38,189 bases of DNA from NCBI GenBank assembly GCA_044222475.1, contig JBGANF010000076.1, positions 1 through 38,189 of the forward strand, in the 5' to 3' direction. Below are positions 10,390-18,702 of this stretch, piece by piece. Positions within the stretch are counted from its first letter, which is position 1; every line of letters starts with the position of its first letter. The translations under genes were made by a program, and so were the position numbers. Below the pieces are notes generated by a model. That model was given only the letters and a program-made list of their open reading frames with translations, was not told where the DNA came from and made no database searches. This DNA comes from Polyangiaceae bacterium (GTDB lineage: Bacteria; Myxococcota_A; Polyangia; Polyangiales; Polyangiaceae).

Positions 10390-10417
10390 ATATTGAGTCG
10401 CCCACGGAGTCGGTCAA
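10390..10417 (-). promoter_or_regulatory. Candidate sigma70-type promoter for the RAYT-like gene
   Basis: Minus strand TTGACC-16 nt-CAATAT, ending 13 nt upstream of the ATG; locally AT-rich. Confidence 0.4.
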
Positions 10418-10418
10418 G

Positions 10419-10670
10419 ATCCACTCGCGGAAACAGGATGCGGCTACGGATCGGTGACGATGACCTCCCCCATGTATGAGCGGATTCACGACACCGCATC
10501 TCGCGGCACGCTCTGCCGCACATACCAGAGCCACGTGTCTCCTCGCGATCGAAGCGGGCGAGTCTGGGGGCGCCATCGTCTTCTCCGGGTCGTCAGCGGG
10601 AACGGAGCCGCATCCTTTCGACGCACGTGAGCGTCCCGGCACCTCAGGGCAACTCCACGAAAGAGTGACC
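10419..10670 (-). other. Nested multi-hairpin non-coding element (structured RNA or ssDNA; possible REPIN-like substrate)
   Basis: Nested inverted repeats at 10425-31/10654-60, 10435-45/10606-16 (perfect 11 bp), 10456-72/10565-80 and 10474-78/10521-25, enclosing two hairpins. Two stem mismatches are G-T/U wobbles only on the minus strand. Confidence 0.55.
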
Positions 10671-10681
10671 GAGGGCGTTCT

Positions 10682-10777
10682 GAAGCGGAAGCGGAAGCGG
10701 AAGCGGAAGCGGAAGCGGAAGCGGAAGCGGAAGCGGAAGCGGAAGCGGAAGCGGAAGCGGAAGCGGAAGCGGAAGCG
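10682..10777. repeat. Perfect hexanucleotide tandem repeat (GAAGCG)x16
   Basis: 16 uninterrupted units counted directly. The last unit forms the left arm of the perfect palindrome aagcgggc|gcccgctt (10773-10788). Confidence 0.98.
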
Positions 10778-10851
10778 GGCGCCCGCTTTGCCTTTCTCGG
10801 CCGAAAAAGCGCCATTTGTGCGCCTCGGAGGTCGTTTTCTTCGGATTTTCC

Positions 10852-10879
10852 TTGAACCCGGCCCTTTCGTAGCTAGAGT
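10852..10879 (+). promoter_or_regulatory. sigma70-type promoter for the rplV-onward transcript
   Basis: TTGAAC-16 nt-TAGAGT, T-rich upstream region, GC-rich discriminator (gcgcgtcc) typical of ribosomal promoters. Confidence 0.65.
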
Positions 10880-10885
10880 GCGCGT

Positions 10886-11018
10886 CCCCACGGAGCCCCC
10901 GGGCCTTGTGGGGAAAGGTCCCACGCGGCCGTAACGGCCCGCAGTTGGTCTCGGGAAAGGTCCCGACCCGCTGCGGATACGACGGCGCGGAAGACCGCGA
11001 AAGTCGAAAGGTCTCCTC
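10886..11018 (+). promoter_or_regulatory. Structured 5' leader of rplV (candidate r-protein autoregulatory RNA)
   Basis: Four consecutive hairpins. GGGAAAGGTCCC occurs at 10911 and 10953, and GAAAGGTC again at 11006 over the SD. Confidence 0.5.
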
Positions 11019-11360
11019 ATGGTCAGCAAAGCGATTGCTCGCTTTGCGCGGATCAGCCCGCGCAAGGCTCGTGTCGTCGTCAACCTCGTCCGCGGCCGCC
11101 ACGCCGGCGAGGCGCTGCAGCTCCTCGAGTTCACGAAGAAGTCCGGTGCGCCGGTCCTCAAGAAGATCCTCGAGAGCGCGGTCGCGAACGCACGCACGCA
11201 GAGCCCAGGCGTCGACCTCGACACCCTCTTCGTCGAGACCGCCTTCGTCGACAAGGCCCCGAACAAGTTCATGCGCCGCTGGCGCCCGCGCGCCATGGGC
11301 CGCGCGACCCGCATTCAGAAGGGCATGAGCCACATCACCGTCATCCTCGGCGAGCGCTGA
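11019..11360 (+). CDS. rplV: 50S ribosomal protein L22
   Basis: RISPRKAR, ESAVANA and PRAMGRA..SHITV motifs. Confidence 0.98.
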   Translation: MVSKAIARFARISPRKARVVVNLVRGRHAGEALQLLEFTKKSGAPVLKKILESAVANARTQSPGVDLDTLFVETAFVDKAPNKFMRRWRPRAMGRATRIQKGMSHITVILGER

Positions 11361-11388
11361 GAGAAGCTATTCGGAGAAATAAGGACAA

Positions 11389-12093
11389 ATGGGTCAGAAA
11401 GTTCATCCCTACGGCTTCCGTCTCGGCGTCATCAAGACGTGGAACTCGAAGTGGTTCGAGGACAAGGCCTACGCGAAGTGGCTCCATGAGGACATCCGCA
11501 TCAAGCGTGCGGTCAAGGAGTACCTCATGAACGCCAACGTCGCCTCGGTCGAGGTCGAGCGTGCGGCGAACAAGGCGAAGGTCATCGTCTTCACCGCTCG
11601 CCCCGGCATGGTCATCGGCAAGCAGGGCAAGGGCATCGAGACGCTGAAGAACGGCAACATCGGCACCGCCGCCAAGGGCGAGCCGCTGTTCCCCGGCGTC
11701 CAGGCCTTCACCCGCAACGAAGTCTTCATCGACGTCCAGGAGATCCGCAAGGCGGAGACGTCGGCTCAGCTCGTCGCCGAGAACGTCGCGACCCAGCTCG
11801 AGCGTCGCGTCGCGTTCCGCCGCGCGATGAAGAAGGCCCTCTCGACCGCCATGAAGTTCGGCGCGAAGGGCATCCGCATCCGTTGCTCCGGCCGCCTCGG
11901 TGGCAGCGAAATGAGCCGCGTCGAGACGTACCGCGAAGGTCGCGTCCCGCTCCACACGCTCCGCGCCGACATCGAGTTCGGCATGGCCGAAGCCCGCACC
12001 AAGTACGGGATCATCGGCGTCAAGTGCTGGGTCTTCAAGGGTGAGGTCCTCGCGCGCCGCACGCGCCGCCCGCAGACCCCCCAAACCGCCTGA
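11389..12093 (+). CDS. rpsC: 30S ribosomal protein S3
   Basis: [13 protein letters not shown] and [12 protein letters not shown] motifs. Confidence 0.99.
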   Translation: MGQKVHPYGFRLGVIKTWNSKWFEDKAYAKWLHEDIRIKRAVKEYLMNANVASVEVERAANKAKVIVFTARPGMVIGKQGKGIETLKNGNIGTAAKGEPLFPGVQAFTRNEVFIDVQEIRKAETSAQLVAENVATQLERRVAFRRAMKKALSTAMKFGAKGIRIRCSGRLGGSEMSRVETYREGRVPLHTLRADIEFGMAEARTKYGIIGVKCWVFKGEVLARRTRRPQTPQTA

Positions 12094-12116
12094 GTCTTTC
12101 GAGAAGGTAGAGAGAA

Positions 12117-12533
12117 ATGCTTTCCCCCAAACGAACCAAGTTCCGCAAGGCGCAGAAGGGCAACAACCGTGGCCTCGCTCGCCGCGGCAGCGACGTGTCC
12201 TTCGGCGACTACGGCATGCAGTGCACCGAGCCGGGCCGCGTCACCTCGCGCCAGATCGAAGCCGCTCGTATGGCGATCACGCGCCACGTGAAGCGCGTCG
12301 GCAAGCTCTGGATCCGCGTCTTCCCGCACCGCCCGGTGACGAAGAAGCCGCTCGAAGTCCGCATGGGTGGCGGCAAGGGCGGCGTCGAGCAGTGGGAGGC
12401 CGCAGTGCAGCCCGGCTTCGTCATGTACGAGATCTCGGGCGTCGACGAAGCGACGGCCAAAGAGGCGTTCCGCCTCGCCGGCCACAAGCTCCCCGTCGGC
12501 TACAAGTTTCTCGTCCGCGGCACGGTCACTTGA
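12117..12533 (+). CDS. rplP: 50S ribosomal protein L16
   Basis: [14 protein letters not shown] and [13 protein letters not shown] motifs. Confidence 0.99.
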   Translation: MLSPKRTKFRKAQKGNNRGLARRGSDVSFGDYGMQCTEPGRVTSRQIEAARMAITRHVKRVGKLWIRVFPHRPVTKKPLEVRMGGGKGGVEQWEAAVQPGFVMYEISGVDEATAKEAFRLAGHKLPVGYKFLVRGTVT

Positions 12534-12551
12534 GGAGCTGAGGAGTTTCAG

Positions 12552-12869
12552 ATGAAGGCCAAGGATCTCAGGGAACGTACGCAGGAAGACTTGAAGGAGC
12601 TCGAGAAGACCCTCGTGAAGGATCTCTTCGACTCGCGCTTCAAGAACTTCACCAACCGCCTCGACGACACCAGCTCGCTCCGCAAGGGCCGCCGCGAGCT
12701 CGCGCGCGTCAAGACGCTGATCGCCGAAGCCGCCGCTGGCAAGAAGGTGCCCGCGCCGAAGGCAGAGAAGAAGGCCGAGAAGGTTGCGCCGGCGAAGGCC
12801 GCTGCTGCGCCCAAGGCCGCGAAGACGACGACGAAGAAGCCGGCGAAGGCCGCCGCGGAGAAGAAGTGA
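12552..12869 (+). CDS. rpmC: 50S ribosomal protein L29 with ~40-aa Lys/Ala-rich C-terminal extension
   Basis: MKAKDLRE...RRELARVKT core; position between rplP and rpsQ. Confidence 0.95.
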   Translation: MKAKDLRERTQEDLKELEKTLVKDLFDSRFKNFTNRLDDTSSLRKGRRELARVKTLIAEAAAGKKVPAPKAEKKAEKVAPAKAAAAPKAAKTTTKKPAKAAAEKK

Positions 12870-13159
12870 TGACGACCCAGACGCAGACCCCCGAGAACAC
12901 GAAGCACGGCTTCCGTCGCAAGATGGTCGGCCGAGTGATCAAGGACAAGATGCAGAAGTCGGTCGTGGTCGAGGTCGTGAGCTTCACGCGCGACTCGCTC
13001 TACGGCAAGTACGTCCGCAGCCGCTCGCGCTACAAGGCGCACGACGAGACGAACCAGTACAAGGTCGGCGACGAGGTCGAGATCCAGGAGCACCGCCCGA
13101 TCTCGAAGGACAAGCGGTTCATCGTCGTCCGTCTCGTCAAGAAGTTCATCGAGGAGTGA
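12869..13159 (+). CDS. rpsQ: 30S ribosomal protein S17
   Basis: [15 protein letters not shown] and RPISKDK motifs; TGATG coupling to rpmC. Confidence 0.97.
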   Translation: MTTQTQTPENTKHGFRRKMVGRVIKDKMQKSVVVEVVSFTRDSLYGKYVRSRSRYKAHDETNQYKVGDEVEIQEHRPISKDKRFIVVRLVKKFIEE

Positions 13160-13163
13160 AGCC

Positions 13164-13532
13164 ATGATCCAGATGCGCACCATCCTCGAAGTAGCGGACA
13201 ACTCGGGCGCGAAGCGCGTCCAGTGCATCAAGGTCCTCGGCGGCTCGCGCCGTCGTTACGCGGCTCTGGGCGACGTCATCGTCGTCTCGATCAAGGAAGC
13301 CGTCGCCGGGACCAAGGTGAAGAAGGGCGACACCGCGAAGGCGGTCGTCGTTCGCACCAAGCGCGAGTACTCGCGCTCCGACGGCAGCTACATCAAGTTC
13401 GACGAGAACAGCGCCGTCCTCATCAATGCCCAGCTCGAGCCCATCGGCACGCGCATCTTCGGCCCGGTCGCTCGCGAGCTCCGCGGCAAGAAGTTCATGA
13501 AGATCATTTCGCTCGCGCCGGAGGTTCTCTGA
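13164..13532 (+). CDS. rplN: 50S ribosomal protein L14
   Basis: VADNSGAK and [12 protein letters not shown] motifs. Confidence 0.99.
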   Translation: MIQMRTILEVADNSGAKRVQCIKVLGGSRRRYAALGDVIVVSIKEAVAGTKVKKGDTAKAVVVRTKREYSRSDGSYIKFDENSAVLINAQLEPIGTRIFGPVARELRGKKFMKIISLAPEVL

Positions 13533-13864
13533 TGCTCGCGCGACTTCGTAAGGGTGACGAGGTGATCGTCATCAGCGGTAAGGACAAGGGCAAGAAGGGC
13601 AAGATCGCCCGCATCTTCGCCGAAGAGGGCAAGGTCACGGTCGAGGGGATCAACCTCGTCAAGCGCCACCTCCGCCCGAACGCGAAGAACCCCCAGGGCG
13701 GCATCCTCGAGAAGGAAGCCCCCATCTTCGCCAGCAAGGTGATGCCGATCGATCCGAAGACGGGCAAGGGCACGCGGGTCAAAATCGGCAAGGACGACAA
13801 GGGCAAGAAGATCCGCGTCGCCGCGAAGAGCGGCGAGGCCATCGCAGCCCCGGCAAAGGCTTGA
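13532..13864 (+). CDS. rplX: 50S ribosomal protein L24
   Basis: KOW motif [17 protein letters not shown]; start at the TGATG overlap with rplN. Confidence 0.97.
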   Translation: MLARLRKGDEVIVISGKDKGKKGKIARIFAEEGKVTVEGINLVKRHLRPNAKNPQGGILEKEAPIFASKVMPIDPKTGKGTRVKIGKDDKGKKIRVAAKSGEAIAAPAKA

Positions 13865-13872
13865 GGTAGATC

Positions 13873-14496
13873 ATGGCAGCGGCAAAGAAGGGCAAAGCCC
13901 AAGAGCAGCGTTCCGAGGAGCAGGCGAAGGTCGTCTCCACGGCCGAGGTCGAGTTTCCGCGCTTCCTCACGAAGTACGCGGAAGAGGTCGTGCCCGCGCT
14001 CACGAAGCAGTTCAGCTACAAGAACCCGAACCAGGTTCCCAAGCTGCAGAAGATCGTCCTGAACATGGGCCTCGGCGCCGCAGTGACGAACCCGAAGATC
14101 ATCGACGCCGCCGTCGAAGAGATGCGGGCGCTCTCCGGCCAGAAGCCGGTCGTCACCCGTTCGCGCAAGGCGATCGCGAGCTTCAAGCTCCGCGCTGGCC
14201 TGCCGATCGGCGTGATGGTCACGCTCCGCCGCACCAAGATGTGGGAGTTCCTCGACCGCCTCGTCACCCTCGCGCTCCCGCGCACGCGTGACTTCCGCGG
14301 CGTCTCGCGCAAGGCGTTCGACGGCAAGGGCAACTACACGCTCGGTCTCAAGGAACAGATCATCTTCCCCGAGATCAACTACGACCGAATCGACGTCATC
14401 AAGGGGCTCAACATCAGCTTCGTGACGTCGGCGCTGACCGACGAAGAAGGTCGCGCGCTCCTCACTCACCTCGGCATGCCGTTCCGGGCTGCCTGA
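13873..14496 (+). CDS. rplE: 50S ribosomal protein L5 with N-terminal extension
   Basis: [17 protein letters not shown] and [10 protein letters not shown] motifs. Confidence 0.98.
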   Translation: MAAAKKGKAQEQRSEEQAKVVSTAEVEFPRFLTKYAEEVVPALTKQFSYKNPNQVPKLQKIVLNMGLGAAVTNPKIIDAAVEEMRALSGQKPVVTRSRKAIASFKLRAGLPIGVMVTLRRTKMWEFLDRLVTLALPRTRDFRGVSRKAFDGKGNYTLGLKEQIIFPEINYDRIDVIKGLNISFVTSALTDEEGRALLTHLGMPFRAA

Positions 14497-14523
14497 TCAC
14501 CGGACACTTGGAGAAGACGAAAG

Positions 14524-14709
14524 ATGGCTCGTGCTAGTCAGTTTGCGAAGCTGAACCGCGCTCCGAAGTTCTCGGTCCGCCACCGGAATCGCTGCAAGGT
14601 CTGTGGTCGTGCTCGCGGTTACTACCGCAAGTTCGAGTTGTGCAGGGTTTGCCTGCGGATGTTCGCCCTTCGCGGTGAGATCCCGGGCGTGATCAAGGCG
14701 AGCTGGTGA
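14524..14709 (+). CDS. rpsN: 30S ribosomal protein S14, short Zn-binding (type Z) form
   Basis: 61 aa; RCKVCGR...[18 protein letters not shown]. Confidence 0.97.
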   Translation: MARASQFAKLNRAPKFSVRHRNRCKVCGRARGYYRKFELCRVCLRMFALRGEIPGVIKASW

Positions 14710-14713
14710 TCCC

Positions 14714-15109
14714 ATGATGACCGATCCGATCTCCGATCTCCTCGCGCGCATCCGTAACGGGTCCCTCGCCCGTCACGATCGCATCGACGTGCCCCACTCC
14801 ACCGTGAAGGAGCACATCGCCAAGGTCCTCAAGTCCGAAGGCTACGTCGACGACGTGCGCGTCAGCGATGCCGAAGGCCGCAAGACCCTCACCATCGTCC
14901 TCCGCTACGGCCGCGGCAAAGAGAGCGCCATCGACGGCCTCTCCCGCGTCTCGTCGCCGGGCCGTCGCGTCTACGTCCGTCACGACCGCATTCCGCGCGT
15001 CCGCTCGGGCATGGGCATCTCGATCCTCTCCACCAGCCGCGGTGTCATGACCGACAAGCAGGCGCGCGAGCAGCGCGTCGGTGGCGAGCTCCTCTGCGAA
15101 GTTTGGTGA
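14714..15109 (+). CDS. rpsH: 30S ribosomal protein S8
   Basis: [13 protein letters not shown] and [11 protein letters not shown] motifs. Confidence 0.98.
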   Translation: MMTDPISDLLARIRNGSLARHDRIDVPHSTVKEHIAKVLKSEGYVDDVRVSDAEGRKTLTIVLRYGRGKESAIDGLSRVSSPGRRVYVRHDRIPRVRSGMGISILSTSRGVMTDKQAREQRVGGELLCEVW

Positions 15110-15114
15110 TCGAC

Positions 15115-15696
15115 ATGGCAACCACTCCGACTGATCTCAAGCAATCGCGCGTCGGCAAGCGCCCCGTCGAGCTCCCGAAGGGTGTCTCGGCCACGCTCAA
15201 GGACGGCAAGATCGAGATCAAGGGCCCGAAGGGCACCTTGAACCGCGTTCTCCCGCCCAGCGTCGACGTCAAGGTCGAAGGCACGGCCGTGAAGATCATG
15301 CCGACCATCGGTGGTCGCGACGGCTCGCGCCTCCAGGGGCTCGCGCGCGCGCTCATCAACGGCATGGTTCAGGGCGCCGCCACTGGCTACACCAAGACGC
15401 TGCAGCTGGTCGGCACCGGCTACCGCGCCGAGGTCAAGGGCCAGACGCTCAACCTCTCGCTCGGCTTCTCGCACCCGGTGAACTTCCCGATCCCGCAAGG
15501 GGTCAAGGTCGAGATCCCCGGCGACAGCAAGGGCACGCTCATCATCCTCAACGGCCCGGACAAGGAAGTCATGGGCCAGACCGCGGCGAAGATCCGCGGC
15601 TTCCGTCCGCCGGAGCCCTACGGTGGAAAGGGCGTTCGCTATCAGGGTGAGAAGGTCCGCGAGAAGGCCGGCAAGGCCGCCAAGAGCGGCAAGTAA
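15115..15696 (+). CDS. rplF: 50S ribosomal protein L6
   Basis: SRVGKRP, GTGYRA and RPPEPYGGKGVRY motifs; ATG 15115 preferred. Confidence 0.98.
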   Translation: MATTPTDLKQSRVGKRPVELPKGVSATLKDGKIEIKGPKGTLNRVLPPSVDVKVEGTAVKIMPTIGGRDGSRLQGLARALINGMVQGAATGYTKTLQLVGTGYRAEVKGQTLNLSLGFSHPVNFPIPQGVKVEIPGDSKGTLIILNGPDKEVMGQTAAKIRGFRPPEPYGGKGVRYQGEKVREKAGKAAKSGK

Positions 15697-15770
15697 GACC
15701 AAAGAAAGATTTCGTGGGACCTCGGGGTTGAGAACTCACCCCGGGAGCCACGGAGAAAAAGAGAACGACC

Positions 15771-16130
15771 ATGGCCATGCAAATCGTCGGACGAGAGCGC
15801 CGCAAGCTGCGCATCCGTCGCAAGATTCAGGGAACGGCAGAGCGCCCGCGGCTCACCATCTTCCGCAGCGCGAAGCACATCTACGCCCAGGTCGTCGACG
15901 ACGTGGCGGGCAAGACGCTCGTCCACTCTTCGACCCTCGCGAAGGCCGTCAAGACGACCATCGCGGACGACAACAAGAGCGACGCGGCGAAGAAGGTCGG
16001 CTCGGCCATCGCCAAGGCGCTCCTCGCCAAGGGCGTCGACAAGATCGTCTTCGATCGCAATGGTTACCTCTATCACGGCCGCGTCAAGGCGCTCGCCGAC
16101 GGAGCCCGCGCTGCGGGCCTGAAGTTCTAA
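15771..16130 (+). CDS. rplR: 50S ribosomal protein L18
   Basis: [14 protein letters not shown] and [20 protein letters not shown] motifs. Confidence 0.98.
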   Translation: MAMQIVGRERRKLRIRRKIQGTAERPRLTIFRSAKHIYAQVVDDVAGKTLVHSSTLAKAVKTTIADDNKSDAAKKVGSAIAKALLAKGVDKIVFDRNGYLYHGRVKALADGARAAGLKF

Positions 16131-16142
16131 AGGAATTTGAAC

Positions 16143-16667
16143 ATGGCGTTCGAGATCGAAGAAGAGAAGCTCAAGGAGCGCATCATCCACATCAACCGCG
16201 TGGCCAAGGTGGTCAAGGGCGGTCGCCGCTTCTCGTTTGCGGCGCTCGTGGTCGTGGGTGACGAGTCGGGCCACGTCGGCGTCGGTCTCGGCAAGGCGAA
16301 CGAAGTGCCGGAAGCGATCCGCAAGGGGAACGACCAGGCGCGGAAGAACATCTTCAAGGTTCCGCTCGACGGCGTGACCATCCCGCACGAGGCGCACGGC
16401 CACTTCGGCTCGGGCAAGGTCCTCCTCAAGCCGGCCTCGGCCGGAACGGGCGTCATCGCCGGCGGCGCGGTTCGCGCCGTCGTCGAGAGCGCGGGCATCC
16501 ACGACATCCTCTCGAAGAGCCTCGGCTCGTCGAACCCGCACAACGTCGTCCGCGCGACCATCGGCGCGCTTCGCCAGCTCAAGAGCCTCGACGACGTCGC
16601 GCGCAAGCGTGGCAAGCAGGCAGCCGACATCTACACGGGCTCGAAGAAGAAGACCGGCGCCAAATGA
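16143..16667 (+). CDS. rpsE: 30S ribosomal protein S5
   Basis: [15 protein letters not shown] and GTGVIAGG motifs; ATG 16143 with AAAGGA SD. Confidence 0.98.
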   Translation: MAFEIEEEKLKERIIHINRVAKVVKGGRRFSFAALVVVGDESGHVGVGLGKANEVPEAIRKGNDQARKNIFKVPLDGVTIPHEAHGHFGSGKVLLKPASAGTGVIAGGAVRAVVESAGIHDILSKSLGSSNPHNVVRATIGALRQLKSLDDVARKRGKQAADIYTGSKKKTGAK

Positions 16668-16885
16668 AAGCTCATCTGAAAGTCACCCAGAAGAAGAGCG
16701 TCATCGGCCAATCGGAGCCGATGCGCCTCACCATCAAGGGCCTCGGGCTGCGCGGTCCGGGTTCGACGGTGTTCGTGAAGAACACGCCGTCGTTCCGCGG
16801 CGCGGTCAAGAAGGTCATGCATCTCGTCGCGGTCGAAGAAGTCGACACGGCGCCGGCCAAGAAGCCGGCAGCGAAGAAGAACTGA
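16664..16885 (+). CDS. rpmD: 50S ribosomal protein L30
   Basis: [11 protein letters not shown]...LGL...KVMHLV; position between rpsE and rplO; ATGA overlap. Confidence 0.93.
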   Translation: MKAHLKVTQKKSVIGQSEPMRLTIKGLGLRGPGSTVFVKNTPSFRGAVKKVMHLVAVEEVDTAPAKKPAAKKN

Positions 16886-16896
16886 GGAGAACGATC

Positions 16897-17358
16897 ATGG
16901 CGGACACGCTAAGCAAGCTCGTCAAGCCGATGGGCTCTACGGAGAAGAAGCTCCGCAAGGGTCGCGGTGTCGGGTCGGGTCTCGGCAAGACGGCCGGTCG
17001 CGGCCAAAAGGGGCAGTACGCCCGCAACGGCGTGAAGCGCGGCTTCGAAGGCGGGCAGACCCCGCTGATGCGTCGCCTCCCGAAGCGCGGCTTCGAGAAC
17101 GCGTTCTCGGCGAAGATCGCCGAGGTCAACGTCGGCTCGCTCGAGGTGTTCGCCGCCGGCGCCAAGGTCGACGAGCGCGCGCTCCGCGATCGCGGCCTCA
17201 TCAAGGGTCGCTTCGATCGCATCAAGATCCTCGGCAACGGCGATCTCAAGAAGAGCGTCACCGTGACCGCGCACTCGTTCTCCAAGACTGCGGTCGAGAA
17301 GATCGAAAAAGCGGGCGGCAAAGCCATCCTCGTGCAGGCGTCGCAAGGACAGGGCTGA
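16897..17358 (+). CDS. rplO: 50S ribosomal protein L15
   Basis: GRGVGSGLGKTAGRGQKGQ and FEGGQTPLMRRLPKRGF motifs; GAGGAG RBS before ATG 16897. Confidence 0.98.
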   Translation: MADTLSKLVKPMGSTEKKLRKGRGVGSGLGKTAGRGQKGQYARNGVKRGFEGGQTPLMRRLPKRGFENAFSAKIAEVNVGSLEVFAAGAKVDERALRDRGLIKGRFDRIKILGNGDLKKSVTVTAHSFSKTAVEKIEKAGGKAILVQASQGQG

Positions 17359-17364
17359 CGCGCC

Positions 17365-18702
17365 GTGGCGGCGTTCTCCGGATTCGCCAACATCGGCAAG
17401 GTACCCGAGCTCCGGCGCCGGGTGCTCTTCACCCTCGCCATGCTCGCGGTGTACCGGGTCGGCGTCTTCGTCACGATCCCGGGCGTCGACCGTAACGTCA
17501 TGGCGCAGGTCGTCTCCAAGGGAGCCGGCCTGCTCGGCGTGTTCAATCTCTTCAGCGGAGGGGCTCTCTCGAACCTCTCCATCTTCGCGCTCGGCATCAT
17601 GCCGTACGTCAGCGCGAGCATCGTCCTTCAGCTCCTGACGATGGTCTACAAGCCGCTCGACGAGCTCCGCAAAGAGGGCGAGCAGGGCGTGCGGAAGATC
17701 AACCAGTACACGCGCTACGGCACGGTCGTACTGAGCTTCGTCCAGGCGTTCTCGATGGCGCTCACCGTCGAAGGCGCCAACAACGGCGACCTCGCGAGCG
17801 CGCACGTCGGCGACGTCGTGACGCACCCCGGCTGGGGTTTCCGCATCGTGACCGTGCTCACTCTCACGACCGGCACCGCCTTCATCATGTGGATCGGTGA
17901 GCAGATCACCGAGCGCGGCATCGGCAACGGCATCTCCCTGCTGATCTTCGCCGGCATCGTCACCGACATCCCCGGCGGCATCTTCCGCTACTTCGAGACG
18001 CACAAGGGCAACATCCAGCCGCTGAACCTCGCTGCCGTCGTCGCGATCATCCTCGCGACCGTCGCGACGATCGTGTTCTTCGAGCGCGCTCAGCGCCGGA
18101 TACCCATCTACTACGCAAGACGAACGGTAGGCCGCCGAGTGTATGGCGGCCAGACGGCGCACCTCCCGCTCCGCGTGAACACCGCCGGAACGATCCCGCC
18201 GATCTTCGCGATGTCGCTCCTCGGCTTCCCGTCGACGCTCGCGAACTTCCACATCCCGGGGATGACGACGCTGCAGTCGATCCTCAACCGTGGCGACTGG
18301 TTGTTCAACCTCGTCTACATGGTCCTGATCATCTTCTTTTGCTACTTCTACACCGCGGTCACGTTCCAAGCGGTCGACGTGGCGGACAACCTGAAGAAGC
18401 AGCAGGCCTTCATCCCGACGATCCGTCAGGGCAAGCAGACGGCGGAGTACATCGACAAGGTGCTCACTCGCGTCACGCTCGGCGGCGCGCTGTACGTCGC
18501 GGCGGTGTGCGTCGTCCCGACGATCATCACCGAGGCGTTCCACGTACCGTTCCGGTTCGGCGGTACCTCCATCATGATCGTCGTCGGCGTCGCGCTCGAC
18601 ACGGTCAGCCAGATCGAAGCTCACCTCATCACCAGAAACTACGAAGGACTCTCCGGGGGCGGTGGTCGTGGGACGCGCATCCGGGGGCGGAGGGACGTCT
18701 AA
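17365..18702 (+). CDS. secY: Preprotein translocase subunit SecY
   Basis: [32 protein letters not shown] and [12 protein letters not shown] motifs; multiple TM segments. Confidence 0.99.
   Translation: MAAFSGFANIGKVPELRRRVLFTLAMLAVYRVGVFVTIPGVDRNVMAQVVSKGAGLLGVFNLFSGGALSNLSIFALGIMPYVSASIVLQLLTMVYKPLDELRKEGEQGVRKINQYTRYGTVVLSFVQAFSMALTVEGANNGDLASAHVGDVVTHPGWGFRIVTVLTLTTGTAFIMWIGEQITERGIGNGISLLIFAGIVTDIPGGIFRYFETHKGNIQPLNLAAVVAIILATVATIVFFERAQRRIPIYYARRTVGRRVYGGQTAHLPLRVNTAGTIPPIFAMSLLGFPSTLANFHIPGMTTLQSILNRGDWLFNLVYMVLIIFFCYFYTAVTFQAVDVADNLKKQQAFIPTIRQGKQTAEYIDKVLTRVTLGGALYVAAVCVVPTIITEAFHVPFRFGGTSIMIVVGVALDTVSQIEAHLITRNYEGLSGGGGRGTRIRGRRDV

Noticed and set aside
10419..10670. Known housekeeping ncRNA (SRP, RNase P, 6S, tmRNA, tRNA)
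   Set aside because: I could not find their hallmark sequences on either strand; retained only as an unassigned structured element.
10682..10777. CRISPR array
   Set aside because: Pure tandem hexamer without spacers; no cas genes in the window.
10798..10815. sigma54 promoter on the minus strand (TGGCGC-N5-CGGC) driving the repeat/structured element
   Set aside because: Only GG-N10-GC matches and the conserved TTGC is missing; too weak in GC-rich DNA.
10476..10934. ORFs with poly-KR, poly-AS, poly-LP or poly-RF tracts across the hexamer repeat
   Set aside because: All are frame read-throughs of a stop-free repeat; there is no RBS or protein-like flank, and they cross the rplV promoter.
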